Assembly (NCBI RefSeq): GCF_001194135.2 | Contig: NC_068981.1 | Location: forward strand, 170,670,856 to 170,705,731 | DNA: 34,876 nt | Direction of reading: 5' to 3' | Origin: Octopus bimaculoides | Taxonomy: Eukaryota | Part shown: one piece after another, positions 11,952 to 22,330 of the stretch | Layout of the letters: each line of letters begins with the position of its first letter | Position numbering within the stretch: the first letter of the stretch is position 1 | Made by a program: the position numbers and the translations under genes | Notes under the pieces: model-generated | What the model was told of the DNA's origin: nothing | The model's input: only the letters and a program-made list of their open reading frames with translations | The model's database searches: none

Positions 11952-12070
11952 TGTCACCGGCTGACCGCAGGTAACGAACGCGCAAACACTCTAATATAGA
12001 AAATGTGACGTCATTGTCGTTGTGGTGGTGACATAAAATGTCGTTTACGATAGGTGACTAAAAGAAAAAT
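11952..12070 (+). repeat. Unclassified CpG-rich dispersed repeat with TGACGTCA, copy 1
   Basis: About 80% identical by eye to the reverse complement of 28471-28590. Confidence 0.85.
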
Positions 12071-12201
12071 GGCAATGTTGAATTGTTGCAATCCAAATAT
12101 GTGAATGAAAATATAGTTTAGTTCGTAGCCAAAAGCCAACTGAATCTCTTGATAGCCCATACGTCAAAATGGGAAACTCGGTTTTGAAATACATAAGGAA
12201 G

Positions 12202-12203
<2 letters not shown>

Positions 12204-12242
<39 letters not shown>

Positions 12243-12276
12243 ATACAAATTCACTTTATATACATACATGCATACA

Positions 12277-12344
<68 letters not shown>

Positions 12345-12352
12345 CATACATA
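12204..12352. repeat. (CA)n-(CATA)n-(TA)n microsatellites
   Basis: Directly visible. Confidence 0.95.
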
Positions 12353-12353
12353 C

Positions 12354-13650
12354 CAGTGTTGGAAAAAATAATGGAAACATCTAGCATCATAGCNNNNNNN
12401 NNNNNNNNNNNNNNNNNNNNNNNNNNNNNNNNNNNNNNNNNNNNNNNNNNNNNNNNNNNNNNNNNNNNNNNNNNNNNNNNNNNNNNNNNNNNNNNNNNNN
12501 NNNNNNNNNNNNNNNNNNNNNNNNNNNNNNNNNNNNNNNNNNNNNNNNNNNNNNNNNNNNNNNNNNNNNNNNNNNNNNNNNNNNNNNNNNNNNNNNNNNN
12601 NNNNNNNNNNNNNNNNNNNNNNNNNNNNNNNNNNNNNNNNNNNNNNNNNNNNNNNNNNNNNNNNNNNNNNNNNNNNNNNNNNNNNNNNNNNNNNNNNNNN
12701 NNNATTGTTGGTGCTCGTGCGACACGTGCTAACGTAACGAAAACAGCTGAAATGTTTAGTGTATCAAGAATTACAGTCTCGGAAATAATGGTAGCCTTTG
12801 AGAAACAGGGAAGAACCTCCTAGTCGCAACAAAACTCCTGGAGAAAACCAAAACTTTCAGATAGAGACCGTCGGACTCTTACGCGAATTATTAGAAAGGA
12901 TCACGATAGGACAGCTCCCAAAATTACTGCAGAGCTTAATGACCACCTCAAGAACCCAGTTTCCACGAAAACCGTTCGCCGGGAGCTGCACAAAGCCGGA
13001 TTTCACGGAGGACTGCAATCAGGAAACCAGTACTTTCAAAAACAAACGTTGCAAAGCGTTTAGAGTGGAGTAAAAACCTACAAAATTGGTCACTAGAGCA
13101 GGGGATGAAAGTTATTTTCTCGGACGAGATATCCTTTACGTTATGTCCGACCACCGGTCGAGAATATGTGTGGTGACAGCCAAAAGAAGCATTTGACGCA
13201 GACTGCCTTCTTCCAACTATTAAACATGAAGGAGGATCTGTGATGAACTGGTTGGGAGCCCTATATCTTGGATATCTTCCTTCCCAATGGTTTCCCTTCA
13301 TGGCAGAATTAATAGTCAAGACAAATTTAGCATTTTCTCTGATCATATTCATCCTATGTTTGCAGAACTGTTTCCGGGGGAAAACGCAATCTTTCGGGCT
13401 GATAATGCACCAATTCACATAGCTAAAGTTGTTACGAATTAGTACGCAGAACATTCTAGTGGAGTTGAAGATCTTATCTGGCCACCACAATCCCCAGATC
13501 TCAATATTATTGAACATTTATGGTTCGTTTTAGAAAAACAAGTCGTTATCCTCCACCATCACCACTAAAAGAACTGGAGACTGCTTTAGCTGAAGAATGG
13601 GCAAAAATTCCTTTGGAAACAATTCAAACTTTGTACGAATCCATACCTCA
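12354..13650 (+). mobile_element. Tc1-like transposon relic, DD36E spacing, right end missing
   Basis: Left end 'cagtgttggaaaaaataatggaaaca'. HTH region GARATRANVTKTAEMFSVSR, then RKPKLSDRDRR, VIFSDE (D 13123-13125), ADNAP (D 13401-13403) and WPPQSPDLNIIEHLW (E 13512-13514). Contains frameshifts and stops. Confidence 0.95.
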
Positions 13651-13799
13651 TATGAATCCATACATATATGAAATTATTCATTTTCATATCTATTATAGGT
13701 AGAAACATATTTTTGAATTATTTATGAAAACAAACATGTGTAAGGTAAAAAAAATAATGACGCAAACATGCTATGTTGAATAATATTTTAACCTTAGTG

Positions 13800-15400
13800 C
13801 TTATGAAAAACATCAACTATCGTTATAAAAATAGTAATTTTGACCATTTTATGTAATGTTTTGTATTAGGTATTACCTTTGAACAACTTGATGTGAATGT
13901 TGCCTCAATATCTTTCTCAACAACATGATTACCACAATATACTTTTCTATATGTTTTACATGACGTACTTGATTTATTGTTGCATATATAAAATCTACAT
14001 CGTTTCCTTTTTCTACTTTGTTGAGTATTCGCTTCTTGTGTAGTAGAGGATTCTTCAGTAGTAAAACGGTTACTTTTTTTTTTTTGCATATTTCTTGAAG
14101 TAGGAATTGCCTTCTAACCATTTGAATTTTGGTTACCTTATAATAGACAATATATTCATTAATGCAAGCAATTTCAATGATGTTGAATAAAACGGAGATT
14201 TGCCACCTTCTCGTTCCTGTCTTGCTAGTATGTCGTTGATCAAGAAGATCAACACCAATCTTCGTTTTATTATGATAGCTCATAGTTTCAGAAAACCTCT
14301 TCTTTTGCATTTCATTAACATATACATATTTGTGGATAGAACTAAAAATGTGGAAAATCTCATTTTTCTTTGGTTTATAAACTGTCAATGAACATCATGA
14401 AAGGGAAGAAGAGAAAAATAGCTTATCTTTCATCAACTATTCTATTGAAGGAAGTTTTCTCCTTTGTTTTCCGATTGCCTTCCTTGCATTTTTCAGCAAG
14501 CTTTACGCTAGTGAGATAGTTGTCGATTGTAACATTGTAACCCTTTTTAAAAAAGAAAAGCTTTCATGAATGAAAGATATACATCCGCTGGAAGAGCGTT
14601 TTCTTTCTTACGTTCTTTCTCACGTTCAAGATAATGTTACCTGGGATATATTGAATGAAATGACTCACTTGGGAAGAGTTGCTGCTCATCAATTGTCAAA
14701 TCTGTGTTAGAAATATAGAAGTTCTAGCAATGTTCAATAAATGGAGCCGGTATCTCGGAAATCAAGCAAAATTTGTTTCTCTGTCTTATTTAATTTCGAG
14801 TAGAAACATTATCAAATCGAAGCTGTTTCATGATATTTTCATTTTTATTCCTACTCAATGAATTCGAGAACATATGATACCCCCATTCTTTGATCCATAA
14901 TTATTTTTGTTGGGTATATTTTCCAGATATTACTTTGCAGGCTATTTTCAGGCCAATAAATGTTTCTAGTCCTTCAACTTCAACATCAAAGAGTTCATTT
15001 TCTAGTCTTGCTAGTTGCACAGCATTGGCTCATCAATAATCAACGAAATGCACTAAGTTGGCTGTCTTTAACTACATTTCTATAACAATAAGAATTAGGG
15101 CCAGATCTTTCAAACAAAATGATTTCAGCTTCCATACAATATTTGCCCTACTTTGTAAATCATTGTCAGTTGTTGGAGTATTGACGGTTGATTATCTAAG
15201 ATGCTTGGATTTTGTTTTACTGAGCAGCGTGTTCCTCAACTATTAAATCATCAGAATCTCTATCATGAACGAGTTCGATCATCGTTTCATCATCAATGGT
15301 GTCACCTTCGCCACAAGACCATTCAGTGTCATCTGAATACAAAATATTGAGGCACTCTTCCAATGTTAATTTTTTTACCTTTTCTATTCATTCATTTTTG
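13800..15400 (-). mobile_element. piggyBac transposase relic
   Basis: Minus strand: acidic N-terminus, LRFD, LTIDEQ (~14690), GYNVTIDNY (~14523), NKTKIGVDLLDQ..TRRW (~14245) and a degenerate Cys-rich C-terminal domain RKRCR..CNNK..C....CGNH. Many stops and frameshifts. Confidence 0.92.
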
Positions 15401-15714
15401 AGTTTACTATAACAAAGAGTATTTATAATCTGTAAAAAAAAATTAATTAGAAACATTTTGAAGACTGAATGATAGTTAAGAACAAAAATGATACTGTAGT
15501 CGTTTCTGGCCGCCCGATCTTCCTAGGTATAGGTCATATTTATCGAAAACTGTAAAAAGAAGAAATATAAATAAATCTATGGGTTGAAGCTTTAGGTCAA
15601 TTCAGGAAAAGTCAAGGATGCTCATGATTGAACATTTAATACAGTCGTAGGAATTTAAAAGTAAATAGCAAAAGCAGTCACAAATAACCGCTCGGTATTT
15701 CTTGTGTAAAAAAG

Positions 15715-15900
15715 GACTGGTGATGGTGCTACAGAAAAAGTACTCTGTGGTGTGGTTGGTGTTAAGAAGAGCATCCAACCGTAGTAACCATGTCAAAACA
15801 GACTATGAAACCTGGTGCGTCCCCGGGTCTTACCATATCCTGTCAACCCGACCAACCCATATCAGCATAGAATACAGACATCAAATTATGATAATGATGA
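15715..15900 (+). mobile_element. Cephalopod SINE 3' half with (GAT)n-type tail
   Basis: 'gtggttggtgttaagaagagcatcc..tgtcaa.ccg.ccaaccca..cagcat.gaa..cagac.tcaaa..atgataatgatga' matches a recalled abundant octopus SINE tail. Confidence 0.6.
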
Positions 15901-15949
15901 TATATATATTTATATATACAACAACTAACTCAACTCGACTCCGTCGTTA

Positions 15950-16301
15950 ACAAATGACCATGGGTGCACCTAAGAGCCCCCCCCCCCGAGATACAAGTCT
16001 TGGCGGAAAGTCGCCTCACCGGCGAAGGCAGAACCTAGTGTTGTTTTATGGAAGACCTGCAGTCACTCATGCATACCAGTCTCCCCTCTCCACGCCACCG
16101 ATGTTATCCAAGCGAAAGGCAAAGGTCGATATAGCTTCGTACCAGTGATGTCGCAATTCATTTCTACATCTGAGTGAACTGGAGCAACGTGGAATAAAGT
16201 ATCGTGCTCAAGAACACAGTACGCAGCCCGGTCCGGGAATCGAATTCACAACCTTACGATCGTAAGCCCGATTCTCTAACCACTGAGGTCACGTGCCTTC
16301 A
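15950..16301 (-). mobile_element. tRNA-derived SINE (same head as 2001-2250, different body)
   Basis: Reverse strand 'ggcacgtgacctcagtggttag..ttcgattcccggaccgggc..tgtgttcttgagca..gttgctccagttcactcag'. The 3' boundary is approximate. Confidence 0.8.
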
Positions 16302-16412
16302 AACACACACACACAAACACTCATATTGTATAAAGTATCGTAGGTAAAGCCAGAACAATGCAAAATAAATGCAAGGCAAATCACAAGAAAACAAATATAT
16401 GTATAAATGTAG

Positions 16413-16421
16413 ACTTACCTT
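16413..16421 (-). promoter_or_regulatory. Consensus 5' splice donor AAG|GTAAGT in the Penelope pLTR-like region
   Basis: Perfect donor consensus beginning a few nt after the hammerhead stem I. Penelope elements are known to carry 5' introns. Confidence 0.5.
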
Positions 16422-16423
16422 GC

Positions 16424-16463
16424 ATTTCAATATTTCGGGATTACGACCCCATCCTCAGGAAAT
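16424..16463 (-). ncRNA. Minimal type I hammerhead ribozyme (Penelope-associated)
   Basis: 5'-AUUUC CUGAGGA U GGGG UCGUAA UCCC GAAA UA UU GAAAU-3': stem I 5 bp, CUGANGA core, stem II 4 bp, GAAA, palindromic one-bp helix III. Confidence 0.8.
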
Positions 16464-17629
16464 TAACGAATTTTGCAGATGTGCGTGTTTGTGAGTGTGT
16501 ATGGAGTAGACATATGCGGAAAGTTGTTGCTATAGCAACGAGCTAGTTTCCTCTAACTCTCTTCTTTTGTTGATAGTTGAATTTCTTTGATGTATAAAGA
16601 TGGCCACGGAGATTCTAAGGTTTCCCCTGTTGCGCGGTCTTGCCCTCATATGCACTGTGAATTCTTGGGTTTCGTATATGTTTCTTCACGGAAGTGTCTG
16701 CCTGCATGAGTTCTTTTATGCGTGTGTGCAGTTTTCTTGTTGTGCTTCCTATGTAGGATTTGCCACATTTGCCACAGATGATCTCGTATACAACATAGGA
16801 TCTCGCATTCAACATTGGTCTAGAATCATTGATGGGGTAATTCGATAACGTGCACTCCTCGGAGTAGTGAAAGATGTTGTTCGTGGACAGAGGTTTTCTC
16901 AGGGATGGGCCGGTGTGCACTATATGTATATCGAGTCTTTCCCTGCAGACTGTGTGTTGTATCGCTGCTGTAGTTCTGTCATCAAAGTGTGGTAGCTAAA
17001 GAGAAGATATATACAATGAAGGAAGTAGCTAAAGAGAAGACATATAGAATGAATGAAGTAAAGTCAATTTATTTGCAGTAAAGTTAGTCTCAAACAAGGC
17101 AATTAATCATGTTTGTGTGGAAAAGACCAAGTAAAAGTGAAATGTGCTTTCAGTTTTGCATACAAAATTAAAGCCGTTGCAAGAAAATCTACTAGGAAAA
17201 AATATCCTATTTAAATCATCAATGTAATTACCTCGCCGACAGGTGTTTTAATGAAAAGCGTAAAATTCTTGATAACATACAGCTAAAATTTGTCAAATGA
17301 CAGGCACAGCAAGTTTCACTTTCAGAAACCATACTATGTAGAACAATATATATGATAAGGAACGTATTTTTAAAATAGCTAGTCTTCTGTATTTGGACAG
17401 CATAATTATTACTACTTTTACTACATTACTGAAGTACTCACCAAATGATACTTAATCTGTTGTTATAAGTTGTAAACAATGATAATAAGCAGTAGGAGAA
17501 TTCAAAGTGAAAAGGAAGAACAACAGAGCAAGCAAATATAAAAAAATGGAATAACATGACTAAATCAGGGAACAAACCGAGAATGATGGTAGTAAAGAAG
17601 GATGGTTCTGACTGACATCTTCCGAACAT

Positions 17630-17935
17630 CGGGAAAATAATGCAGCATTCAAGCACAGAACTCAATAGAATGGACTAAGCCCCCATCCTCAAAACAGCTG
17701 ACCTTGTTCCTATATCAGAAAGCATTATCAAAGCTACGAACGGGCGTTCATTATAGCATCGGAAATGTTCGCCTGGCAGTATTTGCTCCGGTTCTTAGCG
17801 TTCTCAGTTCCAACTCTGCTGAAGTCAACTTCACCTTTTATCCTTTCGGTTCGACAAAATAAAGTATCAATCATGTACTAGGAATGATGATGTCCCCTAA
17901 CAACCTCTCCAAAACTCAGGCATTGTGCAGACGGT
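17630..17935 (+). mobile_element. Two tandem degenerate Nin-domain SINE copies
   Basis: 'gttctcagttccaactctgctgaagtcaacttcacctttatcctttcggttcgacaaaataaagtatca' resembles the Nin domain. Tail-like segments occur at both ~17650-17730 and ~17880-17930. Confidence 0.6.
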
Positions 17936-18129
17936 GACCTGACAAAATTGCTTGTTTAGCTTAATGGTATTGTGCTTTAGACTCTTTACGATCAGCCTTT
18001 CATTAATTCATTATAAATGAAGTATTGTGACTGATGGAATCACAAATTTCGGGACATGAACCTAAATCAAAGACCATTATTTTAACCGTTCTTATTGCTG
18101 CTTTTATTGATTTGACTCAGGTTTGGTCT

Positions 18130-18510
18130 TATTCCTGGCAGGATCTATGTGGGTAGCGGGTTACTACCTGTAACCTTGTAACCTTAGGTATGCACTAGTT
18201 TTCAATAGTCTTTCAACTGCTTAGAACCGCCCTGATAATCCTTCCTGCACCTAAGAAGCAAACTTCTTGTAGAAGTTCTACAGGAGATTCTATACCAATC
18301 TTCTTCAGCCAATTGTCTATATCCTTGTTTAGAGTTCCCAATGCACCAATTATTTTAGGCATGACTTTTACAGTTTCCATATTGCGAATTCTTGCAATTT
18401 CAAATTTCAAGGAATTGTACGTTCTTTTTGTTTCTTTTCTTCTTTATGATCCTGGAATCAAACAGACAAGATGAATCAATTAGTAAGCCAATTCGCATTT
18501 CTTTCACTAT
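18130..18510 (-). mobile_element. R4/Dong-like RLE LINE 3' fragment
   Basis: LIDSSCLFDSRII..YNSLKFEIARI..VKVMPKIIGALGT..WLKKIGI..LQEVCFLGAGRIIRAVL*, followed by a 3' UTR 'cctaagg..acaggtagtaacccgct'. Confidence 0.88.
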
Positions 18511-18532
18511 TATTGTTATAGTTCTATATTTA

Positions 18533-18719
18533 AGGGTATATGGCGTAGTGGTTAGGAACGCGGGCTACAAACCCCAAGATTCCGAGTTCGATTCCAGACA
18601 TTGACTTGAATAATAATAATAATAATGATAACAACAGCAACATCGACAAATACCTTAGGAATGAGAACGCAGGTTCGAAATTTCCGCAAGACACTTGATG
18701 GAGGCTGGAGACTATATAT
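18533..18719 (+). mobile_element. tRNA-headed SINE-like element, truncated by a gap
   Basis: A-box TGGCGTAGTGGT at 18541-18552, B-box GAGTTCGATTCC at 18584-18595, internal (AAT)n, then a non-tRNA body running into Ns. Confidence 0.8.
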
Positions 18720-19146
18720 NNNNNNNNNNNNNNNNNNNNNNNNNNNNNNNNNNNNNNNNNNNNNNNNNNNNNNNNNNNNNNNNNNNNNNNNNNNNNNNNN
18801 NNNNNNNNNNNNNNNNNNNNNNNNNNNNNNNNNNNNNNNNNNNNNNNNNNNNNNNNNNNNNNNNNNNNNNNNNNNNNNNNNNNNNNNNNNNNNNNNNNNN
18901 NNNNNNNNNNNNNNNNNNNNNNNNNNNNNNNNNNNNNNNNNNNNNNNNNNNNNNNNNNNNNNNNNNNNNNNNNNNNNNNNNNNNNNNNNNNNNNNNNNNN
19001 NNNNNNNNNNNNNNNNNNNNNNNNNNNNNNNNNNNNNNNNNNNNNNNNNNNCACATTGAAATGAGGAAAAACCTTAAAAACCTTTATTGTAGATTAGTGG
19101 TATATGTTATGATATTTAATATCTTTCAAACCCATTGAAAAGTTAT

Positions 19147-19188
<42 letters not shown>

Positions 19189-19719
19189 AGAGCGAGAATG
19201 TGAGAGAGTGAGACTGAGAGAGATTTGGCGAGTAAAATTATTTTCTTTGTAACGATGAATATTCCGTGACTAAACAATAAACCAAGTATGTTAAACTAAA
19301 TGGAAGCGTGCTATTCTTTACAGTTTATTTCATTTTATTTCCACATAAAAGAACATCAGGTTAGACAGTCGGTGCACCTGATTATCTTAATGATATGAAA
19401 TTCATATTTTCGTTTTAAGAATTTAGTTTTGTGCTATCAAGTAGTTACACTCTACACTAATACAAGGTAACCATAAGCATCTTATAGGGTTAATACCTAG
19501 CTTTAAAGAGTACTCTCAGAAATACTAATGCTTCTAAGATAAACTTCAGGATATTTAGTATAGTGGAATTTTCAAATATTCATAATAATAATAGTAATGT
19601 CTTCTTTAGTAAAGAGTAAGAGATAAAAAAAAAACTTTGGGACTGTGGTACAAAGCAAAACAATGTAGGGTCGCACAAAAGTTGGTGTAAAAAGAACAAC
19701 GGTAAAATTAATTACAGCA

Positions 19720-22330
19720 AGGAATCATTCCCCAGTTCAGAAACAGTTCCTAGGACTACTCGTAGAAACACCTGAAAACCAGGATTTGTCTGACCACTAT
19801 GGCAAGTGCCATCTCCGCGTTATCCTCCTTCCTTCTACATATCTTGACATAAACCCACAAGTCGACAATTTTCGGGCACTGCTCGCGTGCATGCAGAAGG
19901 ATTTCGTCGTCTTGCACGCATTTCCGCCGGTGGAGCTTGTCTCGAGGAAGCAACGTATATCACTCCACGGTAATGTTCCTAGGCCAAAGATTTCAGATCA
20001 ACCAGTTTATTGTCACTGAATTACGGAATCTCCCTGAGAACATCGTTGCTCTTAACCGCCACCAAACATCTATGAAATATCTATAGAAGTGAGAATTCCA
20101 TCAACCTCATTACCCTACTGATAGAGAACTGTGAGTGAATGACGGCATTCAAGATGCTATGACCCTACTTCGGTCTACGCTTGATCCACTTCGACAGCTC
20201 AGTCAGAGTCGAGCTGTGGAAAAGCGAGTGGGAAACAGGTCACCACACCAATTCACAGTCAAGGAAACGCTGAAGATGTCTGCTCATAATCAGTCATTTT
20301 ATACCCAATTGGCTTTTTAGCAGCAAGTCTTCACCATAAATCGAACGCCTGGTTACCAGATAGGTTCTCATATACAGAGGTATACGAACTTCAGTCTATT
20401 ACGGAAGCGATATATGCATTCGCTATCTCTCCGCAGCCTTTCAGTGATAGTTTTCTGTCCGCTCATTTCTAGGTAAGATTGACCACTCTGCCCCAGTTCT
20501 CCGCCTGTAGATCAGGAACAAACCAGACCACAGGCAAATTAATCGATCCATTATTCTAGCTTCCCGTGATGTCAAGGAGCCGAGCTGCATTGACTTTTCT
20601 TGGTTAACATTTGCTCCTCTTAACGTCTCACATTCCATTAGAACAACGCCGATCATGTCTATGTACATGCACGTGCTGACATGTTTTTCCTAGTTCACGT
20701 AGGGTGCTCCTCGACATCTGCAGTTACCGCAGTAGTGGCTCCAGAGTTAGTACATACAGAAAAGACGGGAGGGTATATTTTTGCCCAACGAGCGCATGAT
20801 ATTGAATGGTTGCGATTGACTAAAAATATCGAGATGTCGCTGTATTTTACGGCAACCCAGCTACAGAAATTAGGACGAAAAACACCTCGGAGTGAACGGC
20901 CACCAAGTACTGGTGGTGGATACTGTCAAAGGTTTTCGATTGATCCAAATTGAACAGGGCGCCGCCACCTATTCTAACCTCTTTACCCTCATTCGCTATA
21001 TTGTACAGAACAGAGGTAGTAAGTGCCGTGGATAAATCTCTTTGGGATGTCTCAAATTTGCAAATCACCAGCCAGTCGCTAGATGACAGGCGCCAAACCC
21101 TTTCACTAATACCACGGCAAAAACTTTGAGACCTGCGTTTAGAGCCAAAATTTTTCTATTTGATTCTCCTTTTCGAGGTCCTTTCTTAGCAGTCCCACGT
21201 TCCTGACACACATAACTATAAATTCTCTCGTTGTATTGTAATTTGAATTAGATATTTGCTAAGAGACTTCGAAACAAGTCTGACATATGAATATAAAGCT
21301 CGTAGAGCAGACCATCTAAGGCGGGCGATTTGCCCCCCTTGCAGCCCTTAATTCTGTGGCTGTCATCGGTTTTTCTAGTCCCTAAAGCAGCTTTCCTCCC
21401 CTCGTGCCTTTTGGTACGCAGCTTAGCTCTGGTAGTACAGAGCGTTGAAAAATTGGCCTGAGCCAATCTCACCGCGAACACATCGGTTGCAGATGTTTTT
21501 TTAAATGCTTGTTCTAAAATTTTAATAAAGCCTCCTTTTATTCTATTTCGCTTTAATCGCTTTGGCTTCATGAAACTTTAATTGCCCATTTCAGAATAAA
21601 CCATTATTTGTAGCTGACAATTGATCCTGTCAACGCCTGGTTAGATAATTTGCTAATCGGGTCTCTTTAAGATTGGCACATCGAGTGTGACGCGTTCAGC
21701 TTCCAGTAACCAACTACTTCCCTACAGAGCCAATTTTGGTCGACCATGCATGTCAAAACGTGTGGTCCGTATAGCCGACAGTTTAAAAAGTGGTGGACAA
21801 CTTATGCTATTCTTATCTACTCCCCTACATAATACTCTGTCTAGACACAACGTAGATGACCCTATGTGGTACGTCATTGACCACATATGCATATTGGGGA
21901 AATGCATTCAAAAGCTAATAAATTTACGAGACTTTAGCATACTCCTCTTCAGCTGTACATGCCCCGCCCCCAAAAGAAAATCTAGATGTGCATATAAGAT
22001 GATGTTCCAGTCACCCACTAACGCTGAAGGTCGAGATGTTCGCAGGTAAATCTGTAAACACCTCGCGAAATTCGGCTCTCATGTCTCTGCCGGAGCATAA
22101 AGAGCTACCAGACTGAAAACATCCCCATTGCAACGATTCACATCTAGGACTACCACTTTACCTTTTTAGATCGAGAAGATGGTCCTTATTTTCAGATTCA
22201 GACCTTTTAGGAGAAATACCACAGTTTCACTCTCCTTCCGCGAGTGATACGGAAATAAGTAAATCTCCTATCCACCGAAAATAGGCATGTGCGCTTGTGA
22301 ATTCTGAAGTCTGTTCTCGCTGATGGTGGT
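19720..22330 (-). mobile_element. L1/Tx1 LINE ORF2 relic (APE, RT, zinc knuckle)
   Basis: APE: VVVLDV..LVALYAP..LVGDWNII, CLDRVL. RT: GKSPALDGLLYELY, GGALFNLDQSKTFDSIHHQYL, NVNQEKS. C-terminus: HA..CPKIVDLWVYV. Heavily disrupted. Confidence 0.92.

Larger units (their letters stand above)
16400..16995 (-). mobile_element. Penelope-like element 3' fragment: GIY-YIG endonuclease plus downstream pLTR-like region
   Basis: VVYEIICGKCGKSYIGSTTRKLHTRIKE (16747-16794 core). A frameshifted NLRISVAIFI..NSTINKR ends at a stop at 16530-16532. Confidence 0.92.

Noticed and set aside
13785-15590. Candidate piggyBac termini 'ttaa-ccttag' (~13790) and 'ctatggg-ttga' (~15583)
   Set aside because: The two ends are not convincing inverted repeats and one lacks TTAA, so boundaries were not assigned.
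13650-15700. Hypothesis that piggyBac inserted into the Tc1 element
   Set aside because: The missing Tc1 C-terminus and right TIR do not resume after the piggyBac, so simple nesting is unsupported.
18533-18600. Possible tRNA gene (likewise the heads at 2170-2250 and 16220-16301)
   Set aside because: A and B boxes are present, but there is no proper acceptor stem or poly-T terminator and each continues into a repeat body. These are SINE heads.
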